DNA of 63,561 nt, filler included, from Octopus bimaculoides (taxonomy: Eukaryota): NCBI RefSeq assembly GCF_001194135.2. It is 8 parts of 7 records of this genome, joined end to end, with 100 filler letters (N's around TTAATTAATTAA, not from the genome) between each part and the next. Parts side by side here need not be neighbours in the genome. Positions count along the whole stretch, not along the records: positions 11,465 to 15,763 come from NW_026362558.1; positions 15,864 to 29,191 come from NC_068994.1; 6 more parts are not named here. One strand, 5' to 3'. The notes below the pieces were generated by a model that ran no database searches, had not been told where the DNA came from, and worked only from the letters and a program-made list of their open reading frames with translations. Within the stretch, counting starts at the first letter, position 1. Every line of letters starts with the position of its first letter. Positions 11,365-22,940 of this stretch are shown here, piece by piece. The position numbers were made by a program, and so were the translations under genes.

Positions 11365-11464
11365 NNNNNNNNNNNNNNNNNNNNNNNNNNNNNNNNNNNN
11401 NNNNNNNNTTAATTAATTAANNNNNNNNNNNNNNNNNNNNNNNNNNNNNNNNNNNNNNNNNNNN

Positions 11465-11632
11465 CAAGTCTGGGCAAGGTTGTTTATGGAAGACCAACAA
11501 TCACCCATGCATACAAGCCTCCCCTCTGATGCAGCTTGGCACTAGTGATGTTACAACTCATTTCTACCGCTGAGAAAAATGGAGCAAATGTGAAATAAAG
11601 TGTCTTGCTCAAGAACACAACACACAACTCGA
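11465..11632 (-). mobile_element. tRNA-derived SINE fragment (family of 17672-17990)
   Basis: Contains aaataaagtgtcttgctcaagaacac, the reverse complement of the core at 17745-17770. Confidence 0.65.
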
Positions 11633-12429
11633 GTATAAAAAATAATTATTGCACATAAATATCTGATATGGACCCCCAGGGGTCATAATGGATTGAAGGG
11701 TCTCAGTAAATAGAAAGTGGACCCTATTGTAACTTCTCGTTAATAAAGGTGAGGAGTGTTGAAAGAGAAAAATTCCCTGCGGTGTTTGTTCTGGAATCTG
11801 ACATACCGAGTTCAAATCATGCCAGAGTCGACTTAAACCTTTCGTCTACCTGGTGGAAGTGGGAGTTTGGTGTCAACAACACAAAATTCTGGTCAAATAC
11901 TAGATCGGTGGTTCAGAGTCTAGACAAAACCTCATAATCTGTGCCTTCAAAACTGTTGGATTTGCAGTTAAATCAGAAACAATTGATGATAAATGAGGGA
12001 GAGGGGGAGGTATCGAAAGTTTTAACAAATATTGGGGGAGGTGAAAAGGGTGATGGTGGTAGAAGTAGTTGCGGGGTGACAGTAAGGACGGTGGTAGCAA
12101 CGGCAGTCGTGACGGGGCTGGTACTGTTCACTACAGTCTCCATTTATGTGGGATAGTCTTGACTGTCTGTTTGCTGTTGTTGTTGTTGTTGCTGCTCTCG
12201 TTGCCAAGTGATTGTGGCTTGAGATTATTGCTACAGCAACTGAACACTATTAGTTTCATGCTCACGAAAGACAATAAACTGACAAGCTTGTATAGCATGC
12301 CTCGTGTTTCTGAACAGTCTTTCAGACTCAAGTTTACAACATGGTTGAAAGTTCTCATATTCTCTGTAGATCTTAGAACTCTATTGACCTACAAAATTTC
12401 AGATCTGAAATTTTCATTAAATGTAAACA

Positions 12430-12606
12430 TAGGTGCAGGAGTGGCTGTGTAGTAAGAAAAGGTTGCTTGCCAATCACATGGTTCTGGGATCAGTCCCACT
12501 GAGTGACACATTGGGCAATTGTCTTCTACTATTGTCTCAGGCTGATCAAAGCCTTGTGGGTGGATTTGGTAAATGGAAACTGAAAGAAGCCCGATGTGTG
12601 TATGTA

Positions 12607-12652
<46 letters not shown>

Positions 12653-12815
12653 AAGGTGCAGGAGTGGCTGTGTGGTAAGCAGCTTGCTTACCAACCATAT
12701 AGTTCTGGATTCAGGCCCAATGCATGGCATCTTGGGTAGGCGTCTTCTACTATAGCCTCGAGCCGACCGAAACCTTGTGAGTGGATTTAGTATACAGAAA
12801 CTGAAAGAAGGCTGT
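12430..12815 (+). mobile_element. Two tandem tRNA-derived SINE heads separated by (TATG)n
   Basis: aggtgcaggagtggctgtgt...gaaactgaaagaag occurs at 12430-12590 and 12652-12815, each followed by a microsatellite. Confidence 0.85.
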
Positions 12816-13180
12816 CATATTTATATATATATATATATATATATGTATNNNNNNNNNNNNNNNNNNNNNNNNNNNNNNNNNNNNNNNNNNNNNNNNNNNN
12901 NNNNNNNNNNNNNNNNNNNNNNNNNNNNNNNNNNNNNNNNNNNNNNNNNNNNNNNNNNNNNNNNNNNNNNNNNNNNNNNNNNNNNNNNNNNNNNNNNNNN
13001 NNNNNNNNNNNNNNNNNNNNNNNNNNNNNNNNNNNNNNNNNNNNNNNNNNNNNNNNNNNNAAACTAATACACCTGCTTGTTGTTCATACACCTGTCTTCG
13101 TCTTTTATTTATAAATTTCAACTATATATATATGTATATATATATATATATGCACACACACGCACACCCCCTCTCTCTCT

Positions 13181-13221
<41 letters not shown>

Positions 13222-13387
13222 ACATACAACAAGGCTACCATTGGTTTCATACAGAGAGAAATTTCTCAAAAATCCTTAAGCCTGCCACATGGCAATGTTG
13301 GTACTCGTCTCGATCTTGAATGTGTGTGTGTGCGTGTGTGCGTGCACGCGCACACAACAACACATATAACATGAGGTCACTTTAGAC

Positions 13388-13660
13388 CAGTGGTTCCCAA
13401 AGTGGGTGGTATTACACCCCACTGGAGGCAGTTGAAAGTTCCAAGGGCAGCATTGAAGAAAAGTGTAGTGATAATGGGGTAGCGATTCATGTAAAAACAA
13501 CAAAATAATAGGTTCATTAGGGTAAGTTTTACTTGTGAAATACAGTTGCTTTGAATCTGCTTCAGAAAGAGGTCAATGTTTGTGATGGTTAGTTGGGGGT
13601 GGGGGCACTAGAAATGTGGCCTGGGTGTCAAGGGTGCAGCAACCCAAAACAGTTTCATGC
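13388..13660 (+). mobile_element. hAT (Charlie-type) non-autonomous element, right end eroded
   Basis: Begins CAGTGGTTCCCAAAGTGGG and is preceded by TTTAGAC, which resembles the TCTAGA target preference. Confidence 0.55.
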
Positions 13661-13909
13661 CAGGTGATTCATATTTCAGAGGTGTATGTCCTGTTTTTCT
13701 CAACAATTTCTTTGATCTTTCCAATCTGCTTTCTTCGTGCTCCTCGCTTCTTTTTTCCTACGATTTCTTTTCTGATTAATTTCTGTGTTCTCTGAAGTAT
13801 TTTCTGATTGTTTGCTCCCAGTATATATTTTTCCCTTCAAGCGTTAACATTAATCATACCTGCACACCTTTGACTTACTGCACCTGAGCACTATACACAA
13901 TAATTTCTG

Positions 13910-13940
<31 letters not shown>

Positions 13941-14052
13941 GAATTCTTACACAACAAACATGACTCAACAGTTCCTGACTAAAATGGATCACCTGAAACT
14001 GTCATGTGACAGAATATGATGTCAGTACAGTTTGTTTGAAAAATATCAATAT

Positions 14053-14110
14053 ATTCTTTTATTCTTTTACTTGTTTCAGTCATTTGACTGGGGCCATGCT
14101 GGAGCACCAC
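14053..14110 (-). mobile_element. SINE/CR1 shared 3' tail fragment
   Basis: Reverse complement of ggtgctccagcatggcc...gactgaaacaagtaaaagaata, also present at the 3' ends of both CR1-like copies. Confidence 0.75.
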
Positions 14111-14127
14111 CTTAAAGTATTTCACTG

Positions 14128-14815
14128 GCATGCTAACGATTCTGTCAGCTCACCCCCTTGTCAAATATATATATTCTTTCCTACTCTAGACACAAAAGGG
14201 GAGGGGCCCAGTTGATTAGATCGACCCCAGTATGCAACTAGTACTTAATTTACCGACCCCGAAGGGATGAAAGGCAAAGTCGACCTCAGTAGAATTTGAA
14301 TGTAAAGACAGACGAAATACTGCTACGCATTTCATCCGCTGTGCTAACGATTCTGCCAGCTCGCCACTTTATCGAATATATATATTCTTCTCAACTCTAG
14401 GCACAAGGCTTGAAATTTGGGGAGAGAGAGCCAGACGATTAGATCGACTCCAGTATGCAACTGGTACTTAATCTATCAACCATGAAAAGATGAAAGGCAA
14501 AGTTGACCTCAGCAGAATTCGAACTCAGAACATAAAGACAGATGAAATGCTGCTACGCATTTCAGCCGATGTGCTAACGATTCTGCCAGCTCGCAGCCTT
14601 GTCAAATACATATATTTTCTACTCTAGGCACAAGAGGGGAGGGGCCAGTCAATTAGATCGACTCCAGTACTCAACTGGTACTTAATCTATCAATCCTGAA
14701 AGGATGAAAGGCAAAGTCAACCTCAGTGGAATTTGAACTCAGAACATAAAAACAGACAAACTACGGTTAAGCATTTCGCCCGGTGTGCTAATGATTCTGC
14801 GAGCTCACCACCTTG
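14128..14815 (-). repeat. Head-to-tail tandem array of three tRNA-derived SINE units plus a partial fourth
   Basis: gctaa(c/t)gattctg recurs at 14132, 14343, 14573 and 14787 (periods 211, 230, 214). The units are homologous to the single SINE at 58031-58263. Confidence 0.85.
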
Positions 14816-14920
14816 TCAAATATAAATATTGTCAGAAGAATGTAGCTGTTCCATCAAAACAATGGAATCACATTGTTGACTAGTCCCAATTACAGGATGA
14901 AACTGTGGCCCAGTGTTCTA

Positions 14921-15047
14921 CAGGGTGTCCACAAGGTCTGGGTACATGGAGTAAATAAAATCATAACATAAACAATTAAATATAAGAAATAATAATTTCT
15001 TAAAGTATGTGTTAATCCCCATGTACCCAGACTTTATGGACACCCCG
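14921..15047. mobile_element. Tc1/mariner-superfamily MITE, 127 bp
   Basis: 29-bp TIRs (CAGGGTGTCCACAAGGTCTGGGTACATGG; 3 mismatches) with TA on both sides (14919-14920 and 15048-15049). Confidence 0.85.
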
Positions 15048-15344
15048 TATAGTATTGAAAATGAATTTGAAGATTCAGCCAAGGTCCAATCAATGTCAAA
15101 TGTACTTTTCACACAGCTGTATAAAATTTAACTCTTATTTCTAGCAATATATGTGCTCTTAACACTTGCTGTCACAATTAATGATGACTGTGATCCTGGC
15201 TATTGCTCGGGGTGGGGTGCTCATGACTGACAATGAACCAAGCAACTTGAAACCGAGTCAGTCTCGTGATCCTGTTGTCTGCTAGGGGTTTGCTCCTCCT
15301 GCTAGCTATTGTAGATAAAGGGTGTAGCACTGCACCGATATATA

Positions 15345-15525
15345 TACACGCATTCCTGTGCAGGTGACATGTAAAAACACCATTTGAGCATGGCTGTTGC
15401 CAGTACTGCCTGACTGACCCTCGTGTCGGTGGCACGTAAAAGCACCCACTACACTCTCGGGGTGGTTGGCGTTAGGAAGGGCATCCAGCTGTAGAAACTC
15501 TGCCAAATCAGCTTTCACTAGCCAT
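15345..15525 (+). mobile_element. RTE-type 3' tail SINE/LINE fragment
   Basis: Homologous to the reverse complement of 5193-5464 (gttggcgttaggaagggcatccagctgtagaaactctgcc). Confidence 0.75.
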
Positions 15526-15544
15526 TCTTCCATCCTTAGCCTCC

Positions 15545-15763
15545 TCAGAGTCTGACATATCACACAGTGGGATACTCCACTGAAGGCTTTAAAAGATCAA
15601 CGAATGCCAAGTATAATGATTTACTCTAAGCTAAGTACTTCTTTTGATCCTAATTACCTGGGCAATAACACCCTCTAATTTTCATCACCTGGTCCAGGAG
15701 TTTGGTGTCGCTGTAACTGCTTCTATCTAAAGCATCACCTTTACCCTTGTAGCAGCTAACAAT
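15545..15763 (-). pseudogene. Internally deleted RT fragment of an RTE-like LINE
   Basis: Minus-strand translation gives CYKGKGDALDRSSY...LLDQVMK and LYLAFVDLLKAF; it parallels 16750-17030. Confidence 0.7.
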
Positions 15764-16090
15764 NNNNNNNNNNNNNNNNNNNNNNNNNNNNNNNNNNNNN
15801 NNNNNNNTTAATTAATTAANNNNNNNNNNNNNNNNNNNNNNNNNNNNNNNNNNNNNNNNNNNNCCAACCAAGCAGGAGCCAACCAAGCAGGAGCCTGCAC
15901 CAGACTTCTGCACATGCATCATGAATTATATAATCTACCTTTCACTCTGAGTGAGAGACCCTTTTGTTACCAGTGCAGATAGGAGCCCACTGAACTTTGC
16001 CCAGGCTATTCTTATTCTAGCAGCTATACTCTCAGAGCATCCACCCCTGCTACTGACTTGGTCACCTAGATAATGGAAGCTGTCAACTAC

Positions 16091-17330
16091 TTATAGTTTT
16101 TCCCCCTGGCATGTGACGGAAGCTGTTTTCTGCACATTTTCAGTGTTTATTGCCCCTGTGCATCTGTCACACACAAAAACNNNNNNNNNNGTGTTTATTG
16201 CCCCTGTGCATCTGTCACACACAAAGACTATCTTCTCAGTTAGCCTTCCTTTGATATTGCTGCACCACTTATGTGTCCTTAGCTTACACCAGATACATCT
16301 TATGGAGTTTCTACCTATGCCTTTTCTACAGATTAAGCAGGACCATCTACATGAAGGGATCTGTGATTTGTCTGCTTTCCTACTTACTAAGACTTTGGTT
16401 TTTACTAGATTGACTCTAAGGCCCTTTGATTCTAGACCTTGCTTCCACACCTGAAATTTCTTCTCTAGTTCTGGTAGTGATTCCGCTATGAGAGCAAGGT
16501 CATCAGCACAGAGAAGCTCCCAGGAGAATCCTGTCTTAAATTCCTCTGTTATTGCCTGGAGGACTATGATGAGTAAGAGGGGGCTGAGGACTAATACTTG
16601 GTGGACCCCTACTCCTACCCGGAATTCTTCACTATACTCATTGCCAACCCTTACCTTACTGACAGCGTCCCTGTACATGGCTTGTACAGCTTTCACTAAC
16701 CATTCATCTATCCCTAGTTTCTGCATTGACCACCAGATAAGGGATCAGGGTGGGGGGACCCTGTCAAAAGTTTTCTCCATATCAACAAAAGCCAAGTACA
16801 GAGGTTTATCTTTGGCTAGGTATTTCTCCTGCAGCTGTCTTACCAGAAATATAGCATCAGTGGTGCTTTTCCCTGGCACAAACCCAAACTGCATCTCATC
16901 TAAACTAACTCTCTCCCTAATTAGTTGGGCTATGACCCTCTCCATGACTTTCATCCCCTGATCCAACAATTTGATACCACTGTAATTATTGCTATCTAAT
17001 GCATCACCTTTACCTTTGTAGCAGTTGACTATGGTGCTGCTACACTACTCATTGGGTATGACTCCTTCATGTATGACCTGATTGACTATACAGGTGACTA
17101 GACTATAGCTGGTTGAGAGGGGACTTTGTACTATCCACAGATCTGGCCAGTAGCCCTCAACAGGTTGTTCCGTAGGAGCATCCAGTTATCTTCCACATTA
17201 TGTGTTGCTATTTCCTCCTCTTTTTCATCAAAAGCTTCAAGTAATACATCTCTAAATCTCTGTCCAATCAGAGGATCCTTAAGCTTCCAGACCCTTCTTT
17301 TCCATGCTGGTCATCTTCTGGGCATCTATT
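16091..17330 (-). mobile_element. RTE-clade LINE ORF remnant (RT followed by a C4HC3 PHD-type finger)
   Basis: QFGFVPGKSTTDAIF, AFVDMEKTFDRVP, GVHQVLVLSPLL and LLCADDLAL, then CLIC...CIWC...HKWC...CDRC at 16208-16339. Confidence 0.88.
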
Positions 17331-17671
17331 TAACCCTGATAATCTAATGAATAATAACATACGTAATGAGCTGACAATTATCCATCATATGTTATTATTC
17401 ATTTGATTATAATACACAAAGGGGATTCACAACTTGTCAGACACCCTAGAGTTTACCATCAACGTACTATTCAAAGTAACACGTGATTTGGACCAGCCCC
17501 TCGGGTTGGTTTTCTCTCTGTACAGAACTGGAATATCCTATTTGATACCAACCATAGACCAGAATCGCAGGTTTATCCAACCCTACCTGGTGCATATCTT
17601 TTCAAGTACCTGATTCTATCTGAATCCTTATTTTACTATATATATATAATATGTATGTATGTATGTAGTGA

Positions 17672-17990
17672 AGGCATGTGGCTTAGTGGTTGGGATATTT
17701 GGCTCATGATCTGAAACTCATGAGTTCAATTCCCTATGGCACATTGTGTCCTTGAGCAAGACACTTTATTTCATGTTGTTCCAGTTCACTCAGTCAGCAA
17801 AAATGAGTAGTACCTGTATCTCAATGGGACAGCTTTGTCACACTCTGTATCACAATGAATCTCCCTAAGAACTATATCAAGAGCACAGGTGTCTGTGGAG
17901 TGCTCAGCAACATGAACGTTAATTTCATGAGCTGGCTGGTCCATAGATCAGATCAACTGGAACCCTTGTCATTGTAACCGACAGTGTGCC
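17672..17990 (+). mobile_element. tRNA-derived SINE, near full length
   Basis: A box TGGCTTAGTGG at 17679-17689 and B box GAGTTCAATTCC at 17722-17733, then the core tgtgtccttgagcaagacactttat; followed by (CA)n. Confidence 0.8.
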
Positions 17991-18017
17991 AGTTATATGT
18001 ATGTACACACACACACG

Positions 18018-18079
<62 letters not shown>

Positions 18080-19474
18080 AACCATATATTTATAGGCATT
18101 TCACTGAGTGAAACGACACTATTATCTAACAAAAGCTGATTTATTTAAAACAATCACATGAGGATATGAATCTTACACCTTGTATTAAAAACAATGACTA
18201 GACATGTTAATTTGATCATCTCACCAATGTACTACAAATGTAAAATTATGACCAACTAACTGTAGTGATTTTAAATTAATAATGTCATTCAATACATTTT
18301 CTATTATTTATCAACTGATACTATGGAATTCCTTATGTATATCAAGTAGCTAGAATGTCTCTGCTATATGATGACACCAGGTAGCCTATAACTGTGGACA
18401 AGTTTTGCATAGTATTCTACAAAGTTTTTACCCAAATCTTAGTTAATACACATATATACTATTCTTGTATCTTTCATCTTCTGTCTCTGCTTTTCTTTAC
18501 ACAAACTGGGAAGATACATTGCAGAAATGTTATTTTAATGAGTAATATCTACTTATCACCGAAAGGGACACATCTGCACTGCCAGATGCTCTTGAACCAT
18601 AAGGGATTGATGCTAAATGGGTCAAAACAATTGTAGTGATTAATAAAAATTCTCTTGTGTTTCATCTTCTGTCTCTCATTAAACAAACACGTAACGAACA
18701 TTGTGAAAGTGATCGAGCTTTACCAGTAAGCTACCAGGTATAAACCATTCATTTTATTATCTAATATATATCGGTCTCTTTTGCTGATCTACTAAGTTAC
18801 ATACCAACACTGATTGCCAAGCAGCAGTGAGGGACAAACAGATAGAAAGATACACACACACACACACACACACACATTAGGGTGGAGCAAAAAAGGTACT
18901 TTTTATGCAGATTTTTTAATATGTTTTCAAGAATATATTTTCTCTTGTGAAATCTTTTAAAAACAACTGTTAAAATCTGATATTCTTAAATTTACATCTT
19001 CAGTCTCCAGAGCCCACTTGAAATTTTGAATAATGAGTGGAAAATCAATTTATAACATGTTTGCCATTCGTCATTTTATTTTTTACATTCATTGTTACGA
19101 ATCGATTTTCTTTTGTGAAATCCTTTAAAAGCAAGAATTTTAAAATCTCAAGCTCTAAAATTTATATCTTCAGGCTCCGCAACGCACTTGAAATTTTGAA
19201 ATTATGTGAAATAAATAGACTTTTCAACTTTGTTTTCTTTATTTTTAATACTAGGTCACTGAATATATGTGCTACTTGAGGTCTAGATTACACACACATT
19301 AAAATGAATTAAACAAATTGTCAAGATTATAGCAGAAAAGATAACTCTTCTTTGGCAAAAGGCATCCATCCCCTGTGTTACGATTGAGTCAGTTAAACCG
19401 GAAATCTTAAACTTTCCTTTGCTGATGTAGAAGGGTGACTGTGATCTGGCTGATTCTTTCTAATCAACCTCTGA

Positions 19475-19703
19475 ACGTTCAATGTTTCAAGACATCAAGG
19501 AAATCCAAGATAATGCAATGAGGCACCTGTTCAATATCCCAAAAGAGAAGTTTCAGGAATGCTTCCATCAATGGAAGTGATGCTGGGTAAAGTGCATGGC
19601 TTGAGAAGAGAGTTACTTCAAAGGAGATTAAATGTGGAATTGATATGGGCTGTAATTTTCTTTTTATAGCACCAGTCTTAATACTTTTTAATCAGACCTC
19701 ATA
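19475..19703 (+). mobile_element. mariner transposase C-terminal remnant plus right TIR
   Basis: FQDIKEIQDNAMRHLFNIPKEKFQECFHQWK*CWVKC...YFKGD*, then aatactttttaatcagacctca|TA. Confidence 0.75.
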
Positions 19704-20402
19704 CATGTGTATACACATTTGTACATGAGTGTACATATGTGTAAATATGAATACATCTGTGTGAAGGTTTGTACATGCATATACATGTGTGTAAATGTGT
19801 ACATTCATGTACATGTGCGCAGTTGCCTGTGCTTATGTAAATGACATACATGCAGCAGATATTGTTGGACATTTCCTGAACCAACACCTTTCTGAAGATC
19901 ACAATTTTTTTTCATCCACCATTCCCCCACCTCCATCGTCCAAAACAACAACAACACTATCATATCATCCCATGATGCTAAGTAACATTGATGCAACCAG
20001 CAAACATTTGTGTATTTAAGTCCGCAACATCCGTTGCCAACTATTACAGGCAACATGCCAAACTAGTAATAGCTGTGTCCATTCTATTTTCTTGCAATAA
20101 CTATCAGATGTTTATAATAATTATTAGCTGAACAACAACAACAACAACAGCAACATATATATTTATTTATATAGTTATTAGCTGAATATATATAAAGTTC
20201 CTGACTTTAAGTAAAAGGAAATACAAGAGGATCACTTAATTATGATTTTATGCAACATATTCCCCTCTCATATTCACACATTTATTGCAGCAGTCCTTCA
20301 GTTTTTCTAAAGTCTATAAAAGAACTTGGCATGTTGGGCCTCCAACAGGGCCTTTTGCAATACCCATAAAACCGGAAACTTTCCAGTGTCTCCTTGTGTG
20401 TG

Positions 20403-20445
<43 letters not shown>

Positions 20446-21039
20446 TGTGTGGATTAACGGTAGTTTGAAAGTAGCAATTCATTTTCAACTGTTTTGACTA
20501 CATTTCGGTAAGAGAGCTAAATCTTCTCTAAAACAGTCACCACACCTTGGCTAAATAATATAGCATAACAGCTGCTCACACAACTACTGGACACAACCAA
20601 AAGACTAAAACAGCCCTAAATTCTCCTTTCATAGTCACTGTTCTCAGTGTCATATGACATTTTGCTCCAAGACAAGTGTTTTGGCAGTACCTTTTTGCAT
20701 GCTGTCACATGACCTTAGCATAAAAAACTTCCCTTACCTCTCCATGTGACCATCCTCAACCAATCAATCTGTATGTCAACTGATCAGGATCTGAACCACT
20801 TTCTCTCTATAAAAACAAATGATTTTTAAAACAGCTGCCAGAAAAGTTAAAGCTCCACCTAAGATACATTTTTGGAAATCAAATGGGAAACTGGTTAGTT
20901 GTTTGTGTGTGTGTGTGTGTGTCATATCTGAATATATATTAGAATTTAAATAAATCTTTATGTATTCTCTGTACATTTTCAAGTGGATTTATTTCTTCTG
21001 CACTACTACTTGCTTGAATTAGTAATGATTTATATATAC

Positions 21040-21190
21040 ATGTATGTTAGGCTTCTTTCAGTTTCCAGCTACAAAATCTACACACAAGGCCTTTGTTGGG
21101 CTGAGACTATAGTAAAAGACACTTGCCTAAGGTGCCATCAAATGGGACTGAACCTGAGGAAGCAAACTTTTTAATGAGATAGCCATGCCT
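21040..21190 (-). mobile_element. tRNA-derived SINE head, degenerate
   Basis: Reverse complement of the head motif at 12430/12652. Confidence 0.7.
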
Positions 21191-21734
21191 GAAGCTATAC
21201 AGTTTATAATTCAAAATTCTTAATCATTAATTTTAAAAAGTGATAATTATTCATATTCTTGGAATTCATTTTGTTATGAATGTCATTTTTAAGGGTAATA
21301 GTTGACCTTATCTTTTTGCTGGTGGTCAAGTTACCACAATTTCTGCTATGCTGTGATATTCTGTGAGTTAACACTTACTATAGTTTATGTTTAGAAAATA
21401 TTTATATAGTCTTTCTTTTTTTTTGCTATCGGATACAGCATAGCCTCTTGGTGTAATTGGTAGCACAACTGCTTCAAATGCAATAGATATAATGTTTAAG
21501 TCCTATATTCTTTTTGCGTCCTGGGTTAGTGCTGATATATATATATCTCATCTAATTAATACAAAAGTTTGAAAATAGCACAACTCACAGAAATGTTTGA
21601 CAGCAATTACAAGAACTTGTGTTATTCTCCTAGAAATAACACAAATATGCAAGCTTAAATAAAAAGTTAGATAAAAACGAAGAAAGATTTGATATAAACA
21701 AATAATAATAATAATGATAATAATAATAATGATG

Positions 21735-22910
21735 GTGTCTGGTAACATCTCAGATGGGAAATTTCATGTGGAAAATTTTTGGTAAGAGTTAACATCAAGA
21801 GAGGAATATTTCAAGGAGATAGCCTATCACTATTGCTGTTTGTGATTTGTATGACACCCCTCACACAGATACTACAGAAAGTGAGATTGGGGTACACCTT
21901 GAAAAGTGGAGGAAAATTAAATCATCTGTTATATATGGATGACTTAAAGAAGACCGAATGTGAAATAAATGGCCTAGTTTCAACAGTGCAGATATTCAGT
22001 AAAAATATTGGAATGGAATTTGGGACTAAAATGTGTGGTATGCTTATAATACAAAAAGGCAAAATAGTGTCGTCTGATGGTGTAGAACTACCCATCAGTG
22101 AGAAAATCAAGTATATTGAGACTAATAGATACAAGTACCTGAGTATTTGAGAACTAATTAAACCAAGTTCCAAATAGATAAGAGCAGTGAATCACCCCTT
22201 TGTAGGATGTGTGGCAGCAAAAACAAAACAATCTCACATATTGTGAATGAGTGTATCAAGCTGGCGCAAAAGCACTACAAAAGGAGGCACGATAATGTGA
22301 CTAAGTTTGTCCACTGGAGGCTATGTGAAAAGTACGGCCTGGACAGAACACAGAAATGGTACGAACATGAACCAGAAACAGTCACCAAGAAGAATGAATA
22401 TAAAATACTGTGGGATTTTATAATCCAGTGTGACTCCCTAATTGATACTTGGAGACTAGATGTTGTGGTGGTAAGGGAAAAAAGGAAACCATGATTATAG
22501 ATATTGCAATACCTGAAGATGTACACGTAAGTGACAAAGAACTAGAAAGAATTGAAAAGTACTGACTACTAAAAGATGAAATTGCCAGAGAAGAATTGCC
22601 TATGAGAAGAATATCTGTCATCCCAGTAGTTGTAGGAGCTCTTGGAGCATTATAACCAAGTTAGAGAAATATGTCAGAGAAATCTGAATTGACATGAGAG
22701 CAGAGCAAGCCCCAAAAACTGCTCTGTTGGGGACAGCTCAGATTTTGAGATTGGTACTTGGATGTTGAATGTCTTCCATGACAATTAACAACCACGTATT
22801 AAAGCTTATAATGTACAGAAAGAGACCCAATAAGTCCTCTAACAATAGGCTGTTATCTGCTCTCACAAATCAACCAGAGCAACAAGACTGAGCGCTCTGA
22901 GAAGTAAAAT
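21735..22910 (+). mobile_element. R4/Dong-clade non-LTR retrotransposon, 5'-truncated and internally deleted
   Basis: RGIFQGDSLS and HLLYMDDLK (RT); CG...ETISHI-like ISHIVNECIKLAQKHYKRRHDNV (CCHC); ILWDF...DVVVV...DIAIP (RLE); KTALLGTAQILR. It is flanked by (TAA)n on both sides. Confidence 0.88.
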
Positions 22911-22940
22911 AACAACATCAACAATAATAATAATAATAAG

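Noticed and set aside
11409-11420. TTAATTAATTAA recurring inside N-runs (also 15808, 29236, 33026, 50218, 54791, 61723)
   Set aside because: Where counted, it sits between two 44-N runs making a 100-bp gap, and it encodes stops in all six frames. It is a scaffolding spacer, not biology.
14128-14815. Regularly spaced repeats read as a CRISPR-like array
   Set aside because: The units are over 200 bp, homologous along their whole length and match dispersed SINEs. There are no unique spacers or cas genes, and the DNA is eukaryotic.
17672-17740. tRNA-like A and B boxes (also 12430, 48340, 58031)
   Set aside because: They are SINE heads that continue into SINE bodies; no complete cloverleaf is recognisable.
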